Assembly: GCF_964355755.1 (NCBI RefSeq)
Contig: NC_092675.1
Span: 16,588,912 to 16,652,911 of the forward strand
DNA from: Antedon mediterranea
Taxonomy: Eukaryota; Animalia; Echinodermata
Length of the DNA stretch: 64,000 bases
Direction of reading: 5' to 3'
Part shown: in pieces, positions 60,701 to 64,000 of the stretch
How positions within the stretch are numbered: position 1 is the stretch's first letter
Layout: the number at the start of each line of letters is the position of its first letter
Position numbers and translations under genes: made by a program
The notes under the pieces: generated by a model
Database searches by the model: none
Seen by the model: the letters and a program-made list of their open reading frames with translations, nothing else
Told to the model about the DNA's origin: nothing

Positions 60701-63700
60701 CAAAAAGTCATATTTTTACCTCTTGTGTAAAAGTTCATTGCGTTTAAACAAGAGCGCATTTCAATTTTACGCGCCCAAAATTCTTCAAATTTGTATTAAT
60801 ATAATTATTTAGATAATTATCTTCTAAAATTGTTATCTTTATGTCAATTTGATGACGTCATTGTGTTAATAATTGGATTTAAATGATGATTCTCGTAATT
60901 TTGTCTATGCTACACTGTATTCTGTAAATACTGTAATATGCTGTATGCTACAAAAGAGGTACAATTCAGCACTGTAAACATATTTGATTAATGTCATAAG
61001 ATGGCATAATAATTGTTGAGGTTCATATAAGTTTAAAGTATGTCCATGTTGCGTTTGCGCGGATAACCCGAACTCGTCAAAGTGACAAGTTCAAATCTAG
61101 TTATTCTTCTTTTTGTACACTTTTTGTGTAACAATTATCTCAAAAAGTTGAATGGCAATGATCACAAAAATTTCACAATTGTCTTTCAAATACTTTAATT
61201 TAGTCCTAATAAGCTTTTCAGTGTGATCACTTATCCGTGACGTCATTTATACGCCATTTTGTGAAATCACATTATCAATCATATCTCCATAATTCATTAT
61301 CACATATTAATGAAATTCACTACACGTAAACTTCAGGTCAAGGGTAAAAATATTAGCAAATAAAAACACACGCGCACGTAAGGTCATGCGCGTTAAATCG
61401 CGCGTTAAAAATTTAAAAAGCTAAAAATGATGTTTTGATCAATTTAGAGCATGAATTAGACCATTTGCGTGTTTCAAAAAATTATTGAGCAAAAACATGT
61501 TTTTGCGCACACAATTCTTAGGAAGCGTAAAAAAATAAAATTTTATGTATAAATCACATTCTACTCGCAATCCTTAGTATATTCACCAATTTTGAGTCCA
61601 TTCCGACTTAAAATAACGCTATACTATATTTTATCTACAGTATATGTATCACTGGTAACATTACCCACCGGTAACATTACAAATTTAGAAGATTCAAAAT
61701 AAATAGTTTGGCATTTTATACTTTCGTTAGTGTTTGCGCGCATCATCTAACTCACACATTACCATTTTTGTTTAGCGTCTTTTATTTTTGTTCCATATCC
61801 AGTATTTGCTTTCATTTTTCAGTCTACATATATATCAAAGTGAAGGGATAGTGTATAACAAATCAATGGCCTTAAAGGGGGGTTCCGGGTTTAAAATGAA
61901 TAGTAAAAAATGTAAAATATATTTGTTTGTCTCTTGAACGGTAAAAGTTTCAATTTATATAAGCGTCCAGTGAAGCAGAACGAAGGCTGTGAAATCAGGC
62001 CAGATTACAAGTGCAGCTACGGCAAAATCACACTGTGGTTACAAAATAGGAAATTCGTGAAATGGTCCATCTTCCGACGACTCGTTATCATAAACCATAT
62101 CAATTACTTTTGTAAAATTATACTTATCTGATGTAATTTTAGTTGGTCTTCCCATTTATAAAGTCAATTTTTTATGAAAATTCATCAAAACAGTGAAAAA
62201 TTAGATATGTTTGCACTTTACGTTTGCTGATTTTCGCACCGACTTAGGGAAAAATCAAAATCAATGAAGCGTAACGTATACTGTACATTCCTGCTGGCGA
62301 GACGACGATACACGTGCTCTCTCTGCTGCCCATGCCTGGCATCGTCACGTGATAAGCAGATACAACAATACCAAACTGGTCGGGTCGAGTATACCCCGTC
62401 TATAATCACAACATGAACGATGTACAGTATTTGATTGAAGGTCGACTCGACCTACCGGAATGGTATAGATAATATAGCTCGAATGAGAGAGTTGGAATAT
62501 TTGTGTAGTGCAGCCTATAGTAAAAGGCCTGGTAGTATCAATTCGCATAGGGTCTACTACACTAGCTAGCTCACTTTTTAACTGGGCCGGATCGGCTAGG
62601 TCTCCTTCCTACTACCTGGTCTACTTGCTTGATGCATGAGTATCCGCTTTTTTGGAGAGTAAACTAAACCTATTTATTTTAGGCCTACTTAGACGATCGG
62701 GACACCATACGTGTGGACGGCGATCGGACCTTGTTTTGCTTCAATATTTACAGCCGATTTTGTAGAATGTTTTAGGTTTAGATTGTTTAGGAGTTTGGTT
62801 GATAGGATGGGTTTTGTTATTTATTTATGGGCCAATCGTCTAGTAGTAGGCTAGCTAGGCCCATGGGCCCCATTGTTTTAACGTAGCCATCGTGGCATGG
62901 AATCCCTAGTCAGAATGGCTCTCGCCCATATTATTATTAGGCTAGGCCTAGAGTAGTATTTGTACGTGAAGCCGATAATACGATCTGTACTATAGAGGTA
63001 TAAAAATAGTATAATTTATGACTCCGTATCTGTACTAAATTTTGTATTTCATTAAATGTCAAATAAATATATGCTACTACTGTTATTACACTTTAGGCCT
63101 AGCTTAGAAAATCTACAAAAAATGTATTTCACAATGATCACAATGGTGGTCGAGTCGTCGTTTGACAGGGGAGAGAGATGTAAATTAGTTGACAAACACA
63201 ACGTACATGACGTCGCGAGTTTGGAATCCACTCCGTCTCGTTATTACTTCTTCATTCTGAAATGTCTATATTGTTATAATATTTTTTATTTAATAAATAA
63301 ACGATATTTAAAAGCAATTTTAAACCCAGAATCCCCCTTTAAATACAGTAGTTCAGAATTTTAGTCTTGATACAAGTTGTTTTTATTTTAATAATTTTTC
63401 AGAGTACTTTTATCAGAGTGCGGTTTTATTATACTTGCCCATGCAAAGTATATAACCACCCACATAAGGCAGAAAAAAACCGTGCAGAGCACAGGTTACT
63501 GCAGTGCTTAAATTTGTTTTATTCCTGTTATGTACAGAATACTATTATACTGTACAGTATATATTACAAACCTGTAGAGAGTGTCATGAAAATCAGTTAA
63601 TGCTGCGTACACAAACATTCTTGGCAGGAAAAGCTAAAATTTCCAATAAATTTATAGATACGTCTTCTTCATGAACATCCTCGACCCAGATGACAGTATT

Positions 63701-63876
63701 GAGATTTGTGTGAAAAAATGTCCCACCGGTAACATTACAAATTTAGAAGATATTAAAGCATTTGCAGAAGAAAGTGGCAGTAAGCTTTGTTCATATAACA
63801 CCCCGATTGAAGACTATCCAACTTCTAAACAGGATGAACTAGGGCCTTGTCCTGAGCGTGATTCACTGCATGACAG
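54798..63876 (+). CDS. SLC44A1: Choline transporter-like protein 1 (CTL1/SLC44A1-like), N-terminal part; continues beyond window end
   Basis: Exons: 54798-54836 (MGCDCLADPDGYD; acceptor at 54767 implies an upstream non-coding exon, probably near 53.6-53.8 kb), 58425-58523 (EDRSCTDCLCAILFLVFLVGM), 58894-59036 (RVVYGYDSYGNICG), 63658-63876 (YVFFMN...ICVKKCP...LCSYN). The MGC start, DRSCTD and GYDSYGNICG point to the CTL1/3 branch of SLC44. Confidence 0.88.
56398..56545. mobile_element. Harbinger-like MITE
   Basis: ggctattttccactaggcgaattt ... aaattcgtctagtggaaaatcagct-tta. Confidence 0.55.
56643..56707 (+). mobile_element. Degenerate tRNA-derived SINE head
   Basis: tgctctagtggtatgatactcgcc...ggttggaatccc (A- and B-box-like); too degenerate for a functional tRNA. 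Confidence 0.4.
56959..57137. mobile_element. PIF/Harbinger-type MITE
   Basis: taa-AGCGTGGTTCCCACTAG ... CTAGTGGGAACCAAGCT-taa; near-palindromic body. Confidence 0.8.
59315..59463. mobile_element. MITE family A copy
   Basis: gtctacactatcaaactagtttgac...tttgatagtgtagacagagct-taa. Confidence 0.7.
59495..61775 (+). mobile_element. Helitron/Helentron-like composite (unit 59495-61100 plus degraded second unit)
   Basis: A|TCTATATATT 5' end; hairpin GAACTCGTCA-AAG-TGACAAGTTC then CTAG|T at 61097-61100. The following segment repeats internal motifs (ttagaccatttgcgtg at ~60150 and ~61457) and a degraded 3' motif (gtttgcgcg...aactc ~61733). Confidence 0.5.
61876..63338. mobile_element. Kolobok-type non-autonomous DNA transposon
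   Basis: ttaa-AGGGGGGTTCCGGGTTTAAAAT ... ATTTTAAACCCAGAATCCCCCT-ttaa; TTAA target duplication with AG-initial TIR. Confidence 0.8.
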
Positions 63877-63925
63877 GTATGTACACATTCTTTTATTTAT
63901 ATTACAATTTTTTTAATTGTGATAG

Positions 63926-64000
63926 ATTGAATAATACTGTAACTTGTAGTGTACTCTGTCTATAATTGAATAATACTGTAACTTGTAGTGTACTCTGTCT
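63926..64000. repeat. 39-bp tandem repeat (runs to window end)
   Basis: attgaataatactgtaacttgtagtgtactctgtct(ata) x2. Confidence 0.8.

Overview
This is AT-rich, intron-rich animal genomic DNA, probably from an invertebrate deuterostome such as an echinoderm (inferred from composition, intron conservation and repeats). Four spliced protein-coding genes could be reconstructed exon by exon with consistent GT-AG sites and phases. SZT2 (KICSTOR subunit, minus strand) has 30 exons visible and runs off the left edge. MED8 (plus, complete, 8 coding exons) lies head-to-head with SZT2, as in mammals. CARM1/PRMT4 (minus, complete, 12 coding exons) is convergent with MED8. A CTL1/SLC44A1-like choline transporter (plus, first 4 coding exons) is divergent from CARM1 and runs off the right edge. 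Introns are full of non-autonomous DNA transposons (PIF/Harbinger, Tc1/pogo, Kolobok, Helentron/Helitron-like, foldback), LINE fragments, SINEs and minisatellites, including nested insertions. The most notable observations are: the ancient SZT2-MED8 bidirectional pair; TA-anchored TACWGTA and TAGG(C)CTA insertions that look like accumulated transposon excision footprints; a 30-nt exact copy of a CTL1 exon inside the preceding intron; and a dual-frame CARM1 last exon. I found no evidence of a wholly new gene system. Most short ORFs in the track are spurious.
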